From Minisyncoccota bacterium (lineage in GTDB: Bacteria; Patescibacteriota; Minisyncoccia; Phycocordibacterales; Phycocordibacteraceae): 64,000 nt of DNA. The stretch spans positions 2,157 through 66,156 of the forward strand of contig JBAZRE010000003.1 in assembly GCA_041663025.1 (NCBI GenBank), written 5' to 3'. Under the pieces are notes generated by a model that was not told where the DNA came from, did not search any database, and was given only the letters and a program-made list of their open reading frames with translations. Below, one piece after another: positions 52,634 through 62,963 of this stretch. How positions within the stretch are numbered: the stretch's first letter is position 1; each line of letters opens with the position of its first letter. The position numbers and the translations under genes were made by a program.

Positions 52634-53707
52634 TTACGCTTCGGCGAGTTTCGCTTTGATTTGTTTGAGGAGATCGTTAGCGATTGGTTTGTTGGTGGCG
52701 AGGAAGGTGCGAGAGGCGTCATAGCCGACGCCGAGCTTCGTTTCTGTCGCCCCCTGCCTGCCGGCAGGCAGGATCTTGTAGGTGGCACCAGATTTCGCTA
52801 CGAGGCCGTACTTCTCACCCAGCGCGAGAAGCTCGCCCTCGCGGCTGATTCCCTCGTTATAGAGAAGATCAAACTCAGTAGTTCTGAAGGGTGCAGCAAC
52901 TTTATTCTTCACTACTTTTACGCGCACTCTGCCGCCAACAACTTCTTCACCCTTCTTGATGCTCGCGATGCGGCGGATGTCCAAACGCACTGAGGTGTAG
53001 AACTTGAGTGCCTTTCCGCCCGGTGTTGTCTCCGGATTACCGAACATCACGCCGATTTGCATTCTAATTTGATTAATAAAAATAACGATGGTTTTGGAGC
53101 GTGAGACAATGGCAGTCAATTTGCGCAAAGCCTGACTCATGAGTCGCGCTTGTTTGCCAACGTGTTGCTGGCCCATCTCCCCCTCAATCTCATCTTTCGG
53201 TGTGAGTGCAGCGACCGAATCGATGACAATAATATCAACATTGCCACTGCGTACGAGCGATTCAACTATATCAAGCGCCTGTTCGCCAGTGTCCGGCTGC
53301 GATATTAGAAGTTCAGCGAGCTTCACTCCAATACGGCGTGCATATTCAGGATCGAGCGCATGTTCTGCATCAACAAATGCGGCGATGCCACCAGCCTTCT
53401 GTGCCTCGGCGATGACATGGAGCGCAAGCGTCGTTTTACCCGAAGATTCTGGCCCAAAGATTTCAATGATGCGTCCGCATGGGAGACCTCCAACGCCAAG
53501 TGCGGCGTCCAGGCCAATGGATCCTGTTGATATAGATGGGATCTTCTTTGGAGTTCCTGCTCCGAAGACCGTGATTGCTTCATCACCGAATTTGGTGCGA
53601 ATCTCTTTGAGTGCGTGTTCGATCGATTTCTGACGTTCATCTTTATCCGTACTCGTTGCCGTGACGGTCTTTAAAACTTTTTCTTTTTTTGGTTTTCCGA
53701 AGGCCAT
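52634..53707 (-). CDS. recA: Recombinase RecA
   Basis: 357 aa. [13 protein letters not shown] (Walker A), [10 protein letters not shown]2 loop region, C-terminal domain. Confidence 0.95.
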   Translation of the reverse strand: MAFGKPKKEKVLKTVTATSTDKDERQKSIEHALKEIRTKFGDEAITVFGAGTPKKIPSISTGSIGLDAALGVGGLPCGRIIEIFGPESSGKTTLALHVIAEAQKAGGIAAFVDAEHALDPEYARRIGVKLAELLISQPDTGEQALDIVESLVRSGNVDIIVIDSVAALTPKDEIEGEMGQQHVGKQARLMSQALRKLTAIVSRSKTIVIFINQIRMQIGVMFGNPETTPGGKALKFYTSVRLDIRRIASIKKGEEVVGGRVRVKVVKNKVAAPFRTTEFDLLYNEGISREGELLALGEKYGLVAKSGATYKILPAGRQGATETKLGVGYDASRTFLATNKPIANDLLKQIKAKLAEA

Positions 53708-53734
53708 AATGTCAATAATTTTAATTTACAATTT

Positions 53735-54067
53735 TCAATTTTCAAACGGCACAAAAACGTCTCTCGTAGCGGTCACCCGTTTTCCGAATCGGTCGGTTGC
53801 CACAAAGGTAAGTATAGACCCTCCACGCGGTAGCGTAAGAACGGATGAAAAGCTCCCATCCTCTTGATGCAGAATAGCAGCACCGTTCAGTGTGAGCACA
53901 GCGGCTCGTGCAGCTTTTCCAGAGACAGTAACAATACCATTCGGGAATGCCCCATCGTTTGAAGGGGAGGCGATGGAGAGATTGGGGCCGACTATGACCG
54001 GCAGAGCTTCAACAAGACCGTATACAACTAGGATGACCAGAACGACGAGGATGAGATACCGAGTCAT
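53735..54067 (-). CDS. Hypothetical membrane-anchored protein
   Basis: 110 aa with N-terminal TM (YLILVVLVILVVYGLVEALPVIV). Confidence 0.35.
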   Translation of the reverse strand: MTRYLILVVLVILVVYGLVEALPVIVGPNLSIASPSNDGAFPNGIVTVSGKAARAAVLTLNGAAILHQEDGSFSSVLTLPRGGSILTFVATDRFGKRVTATRDVFVPFEN

Positions 54068-54075
54068 GGGTTATA

Positions 54076-56361
54076 TCAGAAGTGTTCTACGTCATCATTA
54101 TTCTGGGTTTTGGAAACAGAAGTTAGGATCTCACGAGGTTTCGATCCATCAGCAGCACCGATAACGCCCTTCGCTTCGAGTACGTCCATAAGTCGTGCCG
54201 CTCTTGAGTATCCAATCTTCAATTTGCGCTGCAGATACGAGGTTGAAGCACGCCCGACTTCTTCGACAGCGACTCTAGCATCCTCATAGAGATCATCATC
54301 AATGTCATCATCATCGAAACTACCATTCATAAGTCCAATAACATCGCTCGGTTCTGATACAGAAGTTCCGTTCCCGCCGAAATCTATGCTCGAGAGATCA
54401 CCCGCATTGTGACTCTTTATGTAGCTCACTACTCTCTTCACCTCATTCTCACTAATGAAAGCAGTCTGAATGCGCACCGGCTTCTGCATGTCACTCGAGA
54501 GATAGAGCATGTCTCCAGCTCCGAGCAAGGTCTCCGCGCCTGCGCCATCAAGGATGGTGCGCGAATCTATTTGAGAAGCGACTTGAAGAGCCATGCGTGT
54601 CGGCACGTTTGCCTTAATAAGACCTGTAATAACATTCACTGAAGGACGTTGGGTGGATAGAACGAGGTGAATACCGACCGCGCGAGACATCTGCGCGAGG
54701 CGGACAATAGAAGCTTCAAGCTCTCGCGGGAAGCTATGCATAATATCGGCGAGCTCATCGATGACTATGACGATGTAGGGAAGCGCCTCTGGCATTTCTA
54801 CAGCTCCTTTCTTCTTTGCAGGTTCATAAATAGTTGAGTGATAAGAATTGATATCACGTACATGTTCTGCTTCCAGGATGTTATATCGGCGCTCCATTTC
54901 TTTTGCCGCCCACTTGAGAGAGAATATTGTCTTCTTCGGGTCGGTGATGACTGGAGTGAGCAGATGCGGAATACCATTGTATGCGGTGAGCTCGACACGC
55001 TTCGGGTCTATCATAATGAAGCGCAGCTGATTAGGGCTATTGCGATAGAGCAGAGAAGTGATGATTGCATGGATAGCAACTGATTTTCCTGACCCTGTTG
55101 CACCAGCAACGAGGGCATGCGGCATCTTAGCGATGTTGACGTAATGCGGTGTGCCGGTGATATCGCGACCAAGAGCGGCGAGCAAGGGCTTCGTACTCTC
55201 ATTCCATTCGGGCGACGAGAGTAGGCCTCCGAGCCCTACCATTGCCTTGACGGTATTTGGGACTTCGATACCAACGAGGGACTTCCCAGGAATTGGTGCC
55301 TCGATGCGTACTGGGTGTGCGGCAAGCGCGAGTTCAAGGTTATTCGCGAGAGAGACTATCTTTGAGAGTCGCACACCTTCAGCGGGCTTGACCGCATAGC
55401 GCGTGACGGTCGGACCGACTGATACCTCATCCATCTCAAGATTGATGCCGAAGTTCTGGAATGTGCGCTTGATGATGTTCGCATTCGCTTTTATATCTCC
55501 AACACCAGGTTTCCCTTTGTCTGCACCAAGTATCGAGAGTGGGGGAGGATCATATTCGGCATCAAAGTTCGCGATACCAGTGCCATGCACACTAACTACT
55601 GGATCATCGGAGGCACGATTAAAAATAGTTACCACTGGTGAGTGTTCTGACGCAGACACACCCTTGAAGCCATCATCCGTATCTTCTTGAGGAACACCGA
55701 CAACGCTACCATCGTCTTCATCAAAAAATTCTTCCTCTTCATTTTTTCGTGAACGCAGGCGTTCCCAGAGCGATAGTACATTTTCACCGAGAAATACCCC
55801 GATTGCTTCAAGGTCAATCACGATCGCGACACCGATGGCGATGGTTGCGAGGAGCAACACTAGTGCACCCCAAAAACCAAAGAAGCTGGAGAGTACCCCG
55901 CCAAGCCATGTGCCAGTCTTGCCACCAAATTGTGTTCCAGGGAAAAGTCCAGCGAAAGAAAGAAATGATGCAAGCATGAGTATGAGGCCAGAAGCAGTGA
56001 GTGGCGCAAGGAGTGAACAACGGAACCCAGCATAGACACCAATTGCGATTAGGGCGAGTGGTAAGAAGAATGATCCAATGCCGACTATCGTATAACTCGT
56101 GGTAAAGATCGTGTCACCAACAGGACCGGCTTTACCGAAAATGGCGAGGATAAGGAGAACTCCTGCAGCTAAGAGAACGACCGCAGAAGCGTAGCGGACA
56201 AGTGTGTCATATTCTCGTACTTCTTTCTCACGAACACGTCCTTGTTTAGTGCTCGTATCATTTTTGCGGCTCATAATATGTATAGTGTACCACCGCAATG
56301 TGCACCAAGAGAAGTTTTGCAGCTTGCCCCGTATCAAATGCATTTGATACGGGGCTTGCAC
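54076..56361 (-). CDS. ftsK: DNA translocase FtsK/SpoIIIE
   Basis: N-terminal TM segments, motor domain Walker A GATGSGKSVAIHAII, C-terminal gamma wHTH (TSYLQRKLKIGYSRAARLMDVLEAKGVIG). True start is probably the internal MSRKNDTS. Confidence 0.9.
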   Translation of the reverse strand: MQAPYQMHLIRGKLQNFSWCTLRWYTIHIMSRKNDTSTKQGRVREKEVREYDTLVRYASAVVLLAAGVLLILAIFGKAGPVGDTIFTTSYTIVGIGSFFLPLALIAIGVYAGFRCSLLAPLTASGLILMLASFLSFAGLFPGTQFGGKTGTWLGGVLSSFFGFWGALVLLLATIAIGVAIVIDLEAIGVFLGENVLSLWERLRSRKNEEEEFFDEDDGSVVGVPQEDTDDGFKGVSASEHSPVVTIFNRASDDPVVSVHGTGIANFDAEYDPPPLSILGADKGKPGVGDIKANANIIKRTFQNFGINLEMDEVSVGPTVTRYAVKPAEGVRLSKIVSLANNLELALAAHPVRIEAPIPGKSLVGIEVPNTVKAMVGLGGLLSSPEWNESTKPLLAALGRDITGTPHYVNIAKMPHALVAGATGSGKSVAIHAIITSLLYRNSPNQLRFIMIDPKRVELTAYNGIPHLLTPVITDPKKTIFSLKWAAKEMERRYNILEAEHVRDINSYHSTIYEPAKKKGAVEMPEALPYIVIVIDELADIMHSFPRELEASIVRLAQMSRAVGIHLVLSTQRPSVNVITGLIKANVPTRMALQVASQIDSRTILDGAGAETLLGAGDMLYLSSDMQKPVRIQTAFISENEVKRVVSYIKSHNAGDLSSIDFGGNGTSVSEPSDVIGLMNGSFDDDDIDDDLYEDARVAVEEVGRASTSYLQRKLKIGYSRAARLMDVLEAKGVIGAADGSKPREILTSVSKTQNNDDVEHF

Positions 56362-56396
56362 ACTATCTAATAGGACATATACTGCTCATATAACCT

Positions 56397-57176
56397 ATGC
56401 AAAAAGGACAAAATATAGGACAGAGCATGGAACTCAAGCAAATCCAGACGAGGACAAAAGACACGCATCTAGAAGATTTTGTCCTAGAAAAAAGCATATT
56501 TAATAACGTATTTGAAAAAGACATACGCCGTGTATTTATCTATAAGAAAGCCGAGAGACTCGCAAAAGCAATCCATCTCATCTCACCAGCTTTCTCAGAG
56601 TCAGCGTCCTTGAGGAATCGTGTTGATGCGATTGCAATCGGTCTTGTTGATGCAGCGATTCTTCCTCTCAACTCTACACTCCCTCGTGAACTTCTAGCAC
56701 TCTCAAGCATACTCTCTATCGCGCGATCGGGGGGTCTTCTTTCAACAATGAACACCGAGCTCATAACTCGCGAAGCACACACACTACTTCAGGAGGTTGC
56801 TAGTTATGAAGAGCCTCGACTCTTCCTCGACGATGCACCAACGCTCTCCAGCATAGCGAAGAGTGCTCTATCGCAAGATTCTCGCCAAAGTTTAGATGCC
56901 CGAACGCTGAAACACATAGTGCCAAATATTTCGGCGAAGGCTAAGCACACTCCAAGCAATAAAGGACATATAAAGGACACGGAACAAGTAAAGGACAGAC
57001 GCGAGACGATATTGTCCGTTATAAAAAACAAACATAAAGCTAGTATAAAGGACATTTCTACCCATATTCGTGGTGTCTCCGAGAAGACAATTCAACGTGA
57101 GCTCGCCTCTCTTATTGAGATCGGTATGGTGTTAAAAGATGGGGAACGGCGTTGGAGCACATATTCTCTCGCCTAA
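56397..57176 (+). CDS. Hypothetical protein with C-terminal winged-helix DNA-binding domain (putative regulator)
   Basis: 259 aa. C-terminus RRETILSVIKNKHKASIKDISTHIRGVSEKTIQRELASLIEIGMVLKDGERRWSTYSL resembles DeoR/HTH_DeoR N-domains. Confidence 0.45.
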   Translation: MQKGQNIGQSMELKQIQTRTKDTHLEDFVLEKSIFNNVFEKDIRRVFIYKKAERLAKAIHLISPAFSESASLRNRVDAIAIGLVDAAILPLNSTLPRELLALSSILSIARSGGLLSTMNTELITREAHTLLQEVASYEEPRLFLDDAPTLSSIAKSALSQDSRQSLDARTLKHIVPNISAKAKHTPSNKGHIKDTEQVKDRRETILSVIKNKHKASIKDISTHIRGVSEKTIQRELASLIEIGMVLKDGERRWSTYSLA

Positions 57177-57191
57177 CTTGGCTTGTAAGCT

Positions 57192-57220
57192 TTGACTTAG
57201 TAGGACGTATTTGATAGTAT
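57192..57220 (+). promoter_or_regulatory. Sigma70-like promoter TTGACT-N17-TAGTAT in long leader of surface-protein gene
   Basis: Exact -35 and near-consensus -10 spacing, 320 nt upstream of the 57544 start. Confidence 0.5.
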
Positions 57221-57543
57221 GCAGTTTGTGGTAGCGACTCAAGAATAAGTGCGAAATAGGCCGGAAACGGTCTCTTTCGCTTTGCATTTCTTCGTCGTTA
57301 TCCACAAGCAGCATTCATAACATGCTTGCCTCCGCTATATACTAGGAGGCAGTCCTTACGAGGACATTTTGTTCTCGAGAGGGCGTACTTTGATAACTAA
57401 ATAGTCCCGCTACAGCGGGACATCAACTCTTGCCAACTAACCCATGGCGCACTGGTCGATACCGTTCGCTGTGGGGTAGTGTAAAAGTGCTTTGTGCGAA
57501 AAACTTGATTACTCATGTGCTCTTAAAATAATTAATAATTGTT

Positions 57544-60500
57544 ATGCAAACAGTAACTATGAAAGCGACCGCGAAGATTGCAGCAGTAGCGACTGGACTC
57601 GCGATGGCGACGTCAATGCTCTCACTTGCGCCTATAGCGCACGCGGCAGCTCTGACAAGCTCGCAAATCTCGTCGATTCTCTCGTTGCTCTCTTCATTCG
57701 GTGCAGGTGCTGACACGATCGCAAATGTCAATGCGGCCCTCAACGGCCAGGCGACGAGCGGTACGACCACCACCACGACAGGAACTTCAGCTTGCTCGTT
57801 CTCGCGCGATCTCACGATTGGCGCGACAGGTGCTGACGTAAAGTGCCTCCAACAGGCACTTATCGCAGGAGGCTTCTCGATCCCTGCTGGCGCAACGAGC
57901 TACTTCGGTACTCAGACGCGCGCAGCTGTTGCTTCTTGGCAGTCGTCTAAGAATGTTGCTCCCGCAGTTGGATACTTCGGTCCCATCTCGCGCGCAGCGT
58001 TCAATCTCGGCGGCGGCGGTTCAACAACCACGACAACCACGACAACCACGACACAGACAGCAGGTACGGGCAATGGCCTGAAGGTCACGCTCGCATCTGA
58101 CTCACCGAACGGCATCGCACTTGTTCAGACACAAGCGATTGGCGAACTCGCAAAGTTCACCTTCGCGAATCCAACCAGTGCTGATGTAAAGGTGACGAAT
58201 GTTGCCTTCAAGCGTATTGGTGTGTCATCTGACTCAACACTGTCAGCGGTATACCTCTACAACGGTGCAAGTCGTCTCACTGACGCTGCGAGCATCACTT
58301 CTGGTGCTTTCAACTTCAACGATTCAGCTGGTCTCTTCACGGTGCCGGCAGGCCAGACTTATACAGTCTCGGTCCGCTCCAACATCTTGACAGGCACAAA
58401 CGGTCAACAGATCGGCGTCCAGCTTGTATCGGTCACTTCGTCCGGTACGCTTGACTCTTCTGTAGTCTTCCCAATTACGGGCGGCATCCAGACCATCTCG
58501 TCCGCATCCATGGGTACGGTAGTAGTCACCTACACTGGCCCTACGAGTGCAACGGAGGATCCTGGCAATGATGTCCGCGTCTTTGAAGGTTCAACAGTAG
58601 TCTCAACTCATGCCGCTGACCTTAGTTCAATCACCTTTGAAAATCGCGGCACTTCTAGTGATGGCGACCTCAAGAACTTCCGTCTCTATGTAGACGGTGT
58701 TGTTGTTGGCTCAACGGTAAGCCAGTCAGTCAATGATAAGGTAACCTTCGATCTTACTGCTAGCCCTGTTCGCCTAGCGACGGGTACGCGTATCATCAAG
58801 GTGCTTGCTGATATCGTCGGCGGTTCAAGCTATACCTATGACATCCAGATTCGCCGTGCAGTAGATGCGCGCTTTGTGGATGCTGAACTAGGTCAGCCGA
58901 TTCTTGCCACTGGTACTATGGCAGCTGCAGCCGCGAATACTATCGCTGGAGGCACGCTCTCTATCACTAAGGCAACGAATTCTCCGAGCGATAACGTCGG
59001 ACTCTCTTCTACCAACGTCAAGTGGGCGACCTATGAGGTTCGTGCCGCTGGCGAGGATGTGAAGGTTGAGGCGGCTACTATTGCGGCATATTATGCTGCT
59101 GGGGTTACAGCTACAACGACGGATAACGCGAAAGTATTCTTGAATGGTGTGCAGATCGGTTCAACTGCCGACATTGCTGCCGCAGGAACTGAATTCACAT
59201 TCGGTTCATCATTCATCGCTCGCCACGGTGTGGTTGAGATCTTGGATATCTACGGTGATGCAAAGACATCTGGAGCAGTAGATTATCCTGCAGCATCTGA
59301 CATTACCGTTGGTATCGCGGTTGCTTCTGCAGACACTGAAGGTATGAGCTCTGGTGACGCAGTAACTGCCATCACAGAAAAGGATGGCAATGCTCGCACA
59401 ATCTCGGCTTCTACCCTAACGGCGTCTAAGTACTCCGGCTACGGTGATCAAACAATGATTGCAGGCACGAATAATGCCAAGCTCGGTTCGTTCACTCTCT
59501 CTGCGGGTTCAACCGAGGGTGTGAATGTCAACACCATCGCTATCAACCTTTCTGCTGTAGAAGCGGCTAGCGTCACGGACCTTCGGCTCGTAGACTCGGT
59601 CACTGGTGCACAGATTGGTTCAACGAAGGTTACTCCATCAGGTAGTGCTACTGGAGCAGGAGACAACTCCTACTCGGTCAACGTCGCAATACCGGCAAAC
59701 GGCACTAAGACGATTGACCTTGTTGGTAACATCAAATCTGCCGCGGAACTTGGTCCGTGGACAGCTCAACTTGATGACACGACAGGTGGCACAGGCGCGG
59801 TAACTGCACAGTCAGTTACAGTCTCTGCTACCACTCTTCAGACGATTACTCTTTCTACAGCTGTTCTCACGGCTGCAGTAGGTGTATCGCCTGATAACGC
59901 AAACGTGATTGCAGGTTCTGTCATGGTGAAAGTCGGCTCGTTCGACTTCACTTCGCAGTACTCTGCGTTCACAGTAGACAAGATTGCAGTGAAGATTCCG
60001 AATAACTCAGCAACATCTGTTGCTTCGGTTACCTTGAGGTATCCGAATGCAAGCGGTGTCTCTACGGACACGAGTGCGACTCTCGCATCTCCTCTGTCTA
60101 CAGAGGCATACGCGACAGCTTCCTTCACTGGTCTCACGTTCTACATTCCGCAGAACACGACCAAGAAAGTTGATGTCTATGTCAACTTGGCTTCTATCCA
60201 AGCTGACGGTGATTCAGGTAAGTCGGTTACTGTCCTTCTCAGTGACTTTGGAGGCTTCCGCAAGACGGACTCCGCAGGCACGGCCAACACAACCCTTACA
60301 GGTTCTGGAGACCTTGCCTCGGCTTCAACTGGCAAGGGCACGATGTATGTGAGGAAGTCAATTCCGACCCTCTCTGCAGTCGCTCTTGATAGCTCAACTC
60401 TCACTGCTGGCACGAACAAGGCATTTGCCCGTGTGAAGGTCACAGCAGATGCGGCTGGAGATATTAGTTGGGATAAGATTGCTTTCGTGGTCAACAAGAC

Positions 60501-61014
60501 CTACGGAATAACGATCGGTGCTACAACAACTCTTAAGTTGTGGCAGGGTTCCAACTCTATCGCTGGCTTCTTCGCAACGACAACTGCTGGAGGTACAATT
60601 ACTGCTGCTGCAGCTATTGAGGCCTTCCCGGCTGTTGACACAGCAGTTGCTAAGACCGACTTGAATCTCGTCTTCCTCCCAGATGCGGAGCAGACGGTTT
60701 CGGCTGGCACAAGCGTTACCTACGAGCTCCGTGGTACCATTGGTGGTATAGCGGCGAACTCGAACGTTCTCGATGTTTCGATTGCGAATAAGCAGACGAC
60801 AGCTAGCACAACTGCTTCGGCCTTGGCGGTCGGTGGTGGTGGTACTGCAGGTCATGAAAACACCGGCGGTACAAGTGCAACTCCGTCCTTCACTTGGTCT
60901 GACAGGTCTATTGTTAGCGCGCCTCACACAACGAGCACCGCTGACTGGACAGATGATTACCTCGTGAAGGCTCTGCCGCTCACAATCGGCAACCTATCGG
61001 TGATAGGTAGCTAA
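57544..61014 (+). CDS. Large secreted cell-surface protein with N-proximal peptidoglycan-binding domain flanked by poly-Thr linkers
   Basis: 1156 aa. Signal peptide (MKATAKIAAVATGLAMATSMLSLAPIAHA). PG_binding_1-like CSFSRDLTIGATGADVKCLQQALIAGGF...FGTQTRAAVASWQ. TTTTTTTTTTQ linkers. About 900 aa of Thr/Ser/Ala/Val-rich beta-repeat region. Confidence 0.65.
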   Translation: MQTVTMKATAKIAAVATGLAMATSMLSLAPIAHAAALTSSQISSILSLLSSFGAGADTIANVNAALNGQATSGTTTTTTGTSACSFSRDLTIGATGADVKCLQQALIAGGFSIPAGATSYFGTQTRAAVASWQSSKNVAPAVGYFGPISRAAFNLGGGGSTTTTTTTTTTQTAGTGNGLKVTLASDSPNGIALVQTQAIGELAKFTFANPTSADVKVTNVAFKRIGVSSDSTLSAVYLYNGASRLTDAASITSGAFNFNDSAGLFTVPAGQTYTVSVRSNILTGTNGQQIGVQLVSVTSSGTLDSSVVFPITGGIQTISSASMGTVVVTYTGPTSATEDPGNDVRVFEGSTVVSTHAADLSSITFENRGTSSDGDLKNFRLYVDGVVVGSTVSQSVNDKVTFDLTASPVRLATGTRIIKVLADIVGGSSYTYDIQIRRAVDARFVDAELGQPILATGTMAAAAANTIAGGTLSITKATNSPSDNVGLSSTNVKWATYEVRAAGEDVKVEAATIAAYYAAGVTATTTDNAKVFLNGVQIGSTADIAAAGTEFTFGSSFIARHGVVEILDIYGDAKTSGAVDYPAASDITVGIAVASADTEGMSSGDAVTAITEKDGNARTISASTLTASKYSGYGDQTMIAGTNNAKLGSFTLSAGSTEGVNVNTIAINLSAVEAASVTDLRLVDSVTGAQIGSTKVTPSGSATGAGDNSYSVNVAIPANGTKTIDLVGNIKSAAELGPWTAQLDDTTGGTGAVTAQSVTVSATTLQTITLSTAVLTAAVGVSPDNANVIAGSVMVKVGSFDFTSQYSAFTVDKIAVKIPNNSATSVASVTLRYPNASGVSTDTSATLASPLSTEAYATASFTGLTFYIPQNTTKKVDVYVNLASIQADGDSGKSVTVLLSDFGGFRKTDSAGTANTTLTGSGDLASASTGKGTMYVRKSIPTLSAVALDSSTLTAGTNKAFARVKVTADAAGDISWDKIAFVVNKTYGITIGATTTLKLWQGSNSIAGFFATTTAGGTITAAAAIEAFPAVDTAVAKTDLNLVFLPDAEQTVSAGTSVTYELRGTIGGIAANSNVLDVSIANKQTTASTTASALAVGGGGTAGHENTGGTSATPSFTWSDRSIVSAPHTTSTADWTDDYLVKALPLTIGNLSVIGS

Positions 61015-61072
61015 CCTAGTCACTCGTGTATAAAAAGTGCTTATCCAGCTAGGACATTGGCCTAGCAAACGA

Positions 61073-61109
61073 AAAACCATCCCGCCATCGGCGCGGATGG
61101 TTTTTTCGT
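61073..61109 (+). terminator. Intrinsic terminator after surface-protein gene
   Basis: aaaaaccatcccgcc atcg gcgcggatgg ttttttcg. Confidence 0.55.
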
Positions 61110-61256
61110 TTGCCAAGAATGAAACTATTCAGCATCAGGCGTGGTTATCCACAGTTCCTTCAAAAAACCCTATCTCTATAAGTAGGTAGGAGTACAATTG
61201 GTATTAAAGGCACTCGCGCCTTTATTATTCGTCTGTAATAAAGCCATTATAAATTT

Positions 61257-61886
61257 ATGAATCGCATCAAAAGTTTTCTCGTAGGTCTCGGGAGGAGTAC
61301 TCGTGTCCTTATCCTTGCGCTCGCAGTTATGGTTGTCGGCTCTGGTATCGTCCAGGCCGCGACGACCATCAGCACGAACATAACTACGGCTGGTAATATA
61401 AGCACGACAGGCACTGGTACGCTTACTGCAGCAGGCCTGTCTACGCTGACAGGAGGTTTTATATCTATAGCTTCTTCAACTGCTGTCGCGGCTTTCAACG
61501 TTACTGGTAGTTCAACGCTTGCCTCAACAACAGTAACTTCATTAAAGATGGGACAGGTTGGGACAAAAGTATCGCAAGTGGTATCCGGATATTGTGTTGC
61601 GACAACACTAACTGATCTCGTTGCTACCACAACTGGGGTGTATGCGGACTGTGTACCTTACACTTCTGGTGGTGTAGCCATAACTACCCTTACTTCTGGG
61701 ACCGATAAAGTGCTCGTCCAAGCAACCAGCTCTCTTCCCGGTTATGTTGTCCTACAAGCCGCCTCCACGACAGGAACCGCCAAGATAAATGTACGGTTAA
61801 CCAATGTCAGCACCACAACCACAGGTGCGGCCGCTGGTGCCATCTACACGTTCAACTTCTGGGCGTTCCAGTCCTCCACTCTATAG
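61257..61886 (+). CDS. Secreted Thr/Ser/Gly-rich protein
   Basis: 209 aa. Signal peptide (LVGLGRSTRVLILALAVMVVGSGIVQA) then low-complexity T/S/A/G-rich sequence. Confidence 0.5.
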   Translation: MNRIKSFLVGLGRSTRVLILALAVMVVGSGIVQAATTISTNITTAGNISTTGTGTLTAAGLSTLTGGFISIASSTAVAAFNVTGSSTLASTTVTSLKMGQVGTKVSQVVSGYCVATTLTDLVATTTGVYADCVPYTSGGVAITTLTSGTDKVLVQATSSLPGYVVLQAASTTGTAKINVRLTNVSTTTTGAAAGAIYTFNFWAFQSSTL

Positions 61887-61924
61887 TCGCATAGCGAGTT
61901 ACTTACTAATTAAATAAACTCACT

Positions 61925-62842
61925 ATGCCACGAATGCTCAAAGGCGCAGGAATTCTAGTGGCGCTACTCGCACCCGCATTGGCGTTCGCCGCATATAACG
62001 ATGTATCGTTGGTGGCAGACACGATCTTGAGTGTGAACGGCATTACGCTCACTGTGTCTGGTTCAAATGCCTCAATTGCGTCAATTACCGTAAATGCTAC
62101 GGACTTCAGTGTAACTCTAGCGTCAGGCTCGTCAATTCAAGTGACCGCTGCAGGTCTAGAAAAAGTGACAACGGACACATCAACTGGTAGAACGAGCTAT
62201 GTCTGCGATGCCAACCAGTCACTGGTCAAATATGAGGCAGCTACGGATGTAACTGTTACTTTTTCACCATCAGCGACTCTCTGTTCTTCAACCTCTGATG
62301 CTGGTGGCGGTAATTCAACAACTGTCTCAAGTGGTCCAAGTAGCGGTAGTTCAGGAACAACTCCTGCGACACCTGCTACTCCGGCAACGCCTGCAACTGC
62401 AACGACACCTGCAGTGCCTGCCACTCCGGCGACACCTGCAGTCACTACCACCACCACATCATCATCAGGACTGTCTGCATCTCAAATCCAGTCCATTCTT
62501 GACGTGCTCACGTCATTTGACGTTGACGCGGCAACTATGGCGAGTGTGAGAGCGGCGCTTGAAGGTACTACTACCGGCTCGGTAACGAGCGCGGCTGTAC
62601 ATGCATTCAAGTCTAATCTCGAGCTCGGCTCTCTCGGTAGTGAAGTAAAGGCTTTGCAAGAGTTCCTAAACTCTCATGGCTACACCATCGCGACGAGTGG
62701 TGCAGGATCCTCAGGAAATGAAACAACCAAATTCGGCGGCCTGACAAAGGCAGCACTCATTAAGTATCAGAAAGCTAAGGGCATCACCCCTGCTGTCGGA
62801 TACTTCGGTCCTAAGACGCGAGCAGCTGTTGAAGCTGACTAA
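61925..62842 (+). CDS. Secreted protein with TPA-repeat linker and C-terminal peptidoglycan-binding domain
   Basis: 305 aa. Signal peptide. (TPA)n linker encoded by tandem 9 nt repeats at about 62355-62450. C-terminal GSLGSEVKALQEFLNSHGY...FGGLTKAALIKYQKAKGITPAVGYFGPKTRAAV matches PG_binding_1. Confidence 0.65.
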   Translation: MPRMLKGAGILVALLAPALAFAAYNDVSLVADTILSVNGITLTVSGSNASIASITVNATDFSVTLASGSSIQVTAAGLEKVTTDTSTGRTSYVCDANQSLVKYEAATDVTVTFSPSATLCSSTSDAGGGNSTTVSSGPSSGSSGTTPATPATPATPATATTPAVPATPATPAVTTTTTSSSGLSASQIQSILDVLTSFDVDAATMASVRAALEGTTTGSVTSAAVHAFKSNLELGSLGSEVKALQEFLNSHGYTIATSGAGSSGNETTKFGGLTKAALIKYQKAKGITPAVGYFGPKTRAAVEAD

Positions 62843-62963
62843 CTCCTAATATTTTTAACACCACCCCGCCTTTGGCGGGGTGGTGTTCGTTATGATATGC
62901 TCTCGTTATATGAGCCCCGTTAGAGACTTTATGTAATAGACATATTATGCAATCGAAACTACT

